DNA of 38,138 nucleotides from Candidatus Planktophila lacus (GTDB taxonomy: Bacteria; Bacteroidota; Bacteroidia; Flavobacteriales_D; Crocinitomicaceae), in assembly GCA_943325145.2 (NCBI GenBank), contig CALPOI020000001.1, positions 1 to 38,138 on the forward strand, read 5' to 3'. Positions 36,448 to 38,138 of this stretch are shown here, in pieces. The position numbers and the translations under genes are program-made. Below the pieces are notes generated by a model, which saw only the letters and a list, made by a program, of their open reading frames with translations, ran no database searches and had not been told where the DNA came from. How positions within the stretch are numbered: the first letter of the stretch is position 1; each line of letters begins with the position of its first letter.

Positions 36448-38138
36448 TCTTCAAGTGACTGCACTTGTTTGCTTGCTTTAAATAAGCGTAATTCTTCCCA
36501 CGTAAAAGCATCGCCTACTTTCTCTTTTAAAGGGGTCAAACTTGTATCGTTGTAATCCTCGAAAATAACATCCAATTCTTTGATACGTTTTGCATCCAAA
36601 ATTTCGTCAATTGAAAGTTGTTGTTGCTTAATTAAATTGGTGAAATGAGAATAAATCGTTGACTCTGACATTACCCTTTCTGCCGAAATTTGCGCAACAG
36701 ACTTACCTTCCTTCAACATTTCATACGTAATTTCGTAGGTAGATTTCTTTGTTTTTTTAGAGGTAGAATTTTTTGATGGAGCAATTCGTTTGTTCAATAG
36801 AGCTTCCTCATCTTCCGTATAATCCATCAATGTAGCAACAGGTTGTAATTCAGATTTTACCCTATCCAACAATTCTTTTTTGTAATACAATAAATCATCG
36901 CTCCAAATAGCATCTTTTGTAAACTCCTTGTTTTCTAATAGCAACTGCACCAACTTAAATGAACGTTTTAAACCAGCAATTAATTCAAACAATGCCTCTT
37001 CAATTTCCTCGAGCTCTTCGTAATAGCTTTTTATTTTTTTAATCCGTTTAACTTCTTCTTTTTTTGCCATTACACTCATCAAAGACCCTTCAATTGATTT
37101 CATAAAATAATTATTTGCCGCAGCAACTCTTTCTGAAATTAATTGAAGATTTAGGGGTCTAACAGAAAATAAATTAGTCAATTGTACAACAAACTTTTGA
37201 GAAGGTTCTAACGCATCGAGAATAACTTTTGATTGTCTTGTAGCCCACTGCGAATGTTTCGACTTCTCACTTTTAGAAGCTGAACTACCGTAACTTGCCT
37301 CATGAATCCGCCATTTGGTGGCCATATCTCGCCAATCAAATGAAGTGATGATGTAATTTTTCAAAAATTCAATCGTATCCTCTTCCAATACTTCCAAAAG
37401 TTGGGTAGCCTCCGCTTTGGTGGAAGCATATTGCATCACTTGCTGATCATTGGATAATCCGTTCATTTGAAGCGGTGCCAACAATACCAATCCCTCTAAA
37501 CTTCTCAATCGTGATAAAGCAACATAAGCCTGTCCAGGTGCAAAAACATTCGAAACATCTAAAACTGCTTTGTCAAATGTTAATCCTTGACTTTTATGAA
37601 TAGTGATTGCCCAAGCTAATTTCAAAGGATAGTGTATAAATGTACCCAATACCTCTTCTTTAATTTCCTTGGTCATTGGATCAACAGAATAGCGAATGTT
37701 TTGCCATTCGTATTTATCAACCTCAATACTCGATTTGTCATCCGTAAAATAGACAATAATCTCCTGAGAAGAAAGCGATTTTACGACCCCTGTTTTACCA
37801 TTAAAATATCGTTTTTCAATCGATAAGTCGTTTTTAATAAACATTACCTGAGCCCCTATTTTTAATTCTAATTGTTCCTCTAATGGAAACATATGTGGAG
37901 GGAACTCACCATTCACTTCCGCTGAATAAAAATGAGATTTTTCAACAAGCGCATTCAAAGCAGAAGAATTCATTGTGTCCGCTTTCACATTGTGCGTAGT
38001 CAAAGTTATAAAACCAGAATGTTTTTTTGAATCGAAATCAGGTTTTACGTAATTCGCTAAAAGCTTTAAATCATTTTGATCAATTCTGTTGTTGCGTAAA
38101 TGGTTCAATAAATCAATGAAATTTTGATCTTCTTGACG
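36441..38138 (-). CDS. Pif1/RecD-family SF1 helicase, C-terminal part (N-terminus beyond the window)
   Basis: The reading frame stays open to position 38138 (RQEDQNFIDLLNHLRNN, a Pif1-signature-like motif). Late helicase motifs ITIHKSQGLTFD and YVALSRLRS are present. A roughly 330-aa C-terminal extension ends in an HTH-like segment, VAQISAERVMSESTIYSHFTNLI. Confidence 0.75.
   Translation of the reverse strand, partial: RQEDQNFIDLLNHLRNNRIDQNDLKLLANYVKPDFDSKKHSGFITLTTHNVKADTMNSSALNALVEKSHFYSAEVNGEFPPHMFPLEEQLELKIGAQVMFIKNDLSIEKRYFNGKTGVVKSLSSQEIIVYFTDDKSSIEVDKYEWQNIRYSVDPMTKEIKEEVLGTFIHYPLKLAWAITIHKSQGLTFDKAVLDVSNVFAPGQAYVALSRLRSLEGLVLLAPLQMNGLSNDQQVMQYASTKAEATQLLEVLEEDTIEFLKNYIITSFDWRDMATKWRIHEASYGSSASKSEKSKHSQWATRQSKVILDALEPSQKFVVQLTNLFSVRPLNLQLISERVAAANNYFMKSIEGSLMSVMAKKEEVKRIKKIKSYYEELEEIEEALFELIAGLKRSFKLVQLLLENKEFTKDAIWSDDLLYYKKELLDRVKSELQPVATLMDYTEDEEALLNKRIAPSKNSTSKKTKKSTYEITYEMLKEGKSVAQISAERVMSESTIYSHFTNLIKQQQLSIDEILDAKRIKELDVIFEDYNDTSLTPLKEKVGDAFTWEELRLFKASKQVQSLEDQ

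Overview
Low-GC Bacteroidota-type chromosomal window, Flavobacteriia-like: it has T9SS C-terminal sorting domains, TAnnTTTG -7 promoter boxes, tight gene packing without Shine-Dalgarno sites, and an era-der pair. Most of it is housekeeping: polyprenyl synthase, dnaG, MscS channel, PAP2 phosphatase, gpsA, acs, der, era, ppk1, a UbiA-type prenyltransferase, an OmpA/TolB-like protein, queE, a dksA-like gene with lspA, leuS and a Pif1-like helicase cut by the window edge. The stand-out locus is 10.78-11.75 kb. An intact initiator tRNA-Met is followed by two head-to-tail 336-bp cassettes and a decayed third. Each cassette carries a copy of the tRNA 3' segment (T arm, acceptor 3' strand, CCA), the tRNA terminator hairpin and an 86-aa GIY-YIG (YhbQ-like) nuclease ORF. 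The last eight codons and the stop of that ORF are built from anticodon-arm-derived sequence. I read this as a possible tRNA-gene-targeting GIY-YIG cassette that regenerates the tRNA 3' end without an integrase; plain local duplication is the alternative. A small accessory islet lies next to it (two glycosyltransferase-type genes, a lipoprotein, a LamG/T9SS protein). That islet is bounded by a GC-rich, about 156-nt rod-shaped candidate ncRNA at 16.35-16.51 kb. Other points of interest are tandem LETM1-like/TerB-like membrane paralogs in a translationally coupled dksA-lspA operon, loss of zinc ligands in both DnaG and the DksA-like protein, and a shared 31-nt box upstream of two islet genes. 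No CRISPR array, integrase, transposase or rRNA was seen. All calls come from reading the sequence and from recalled family motifs; no database search was possible.
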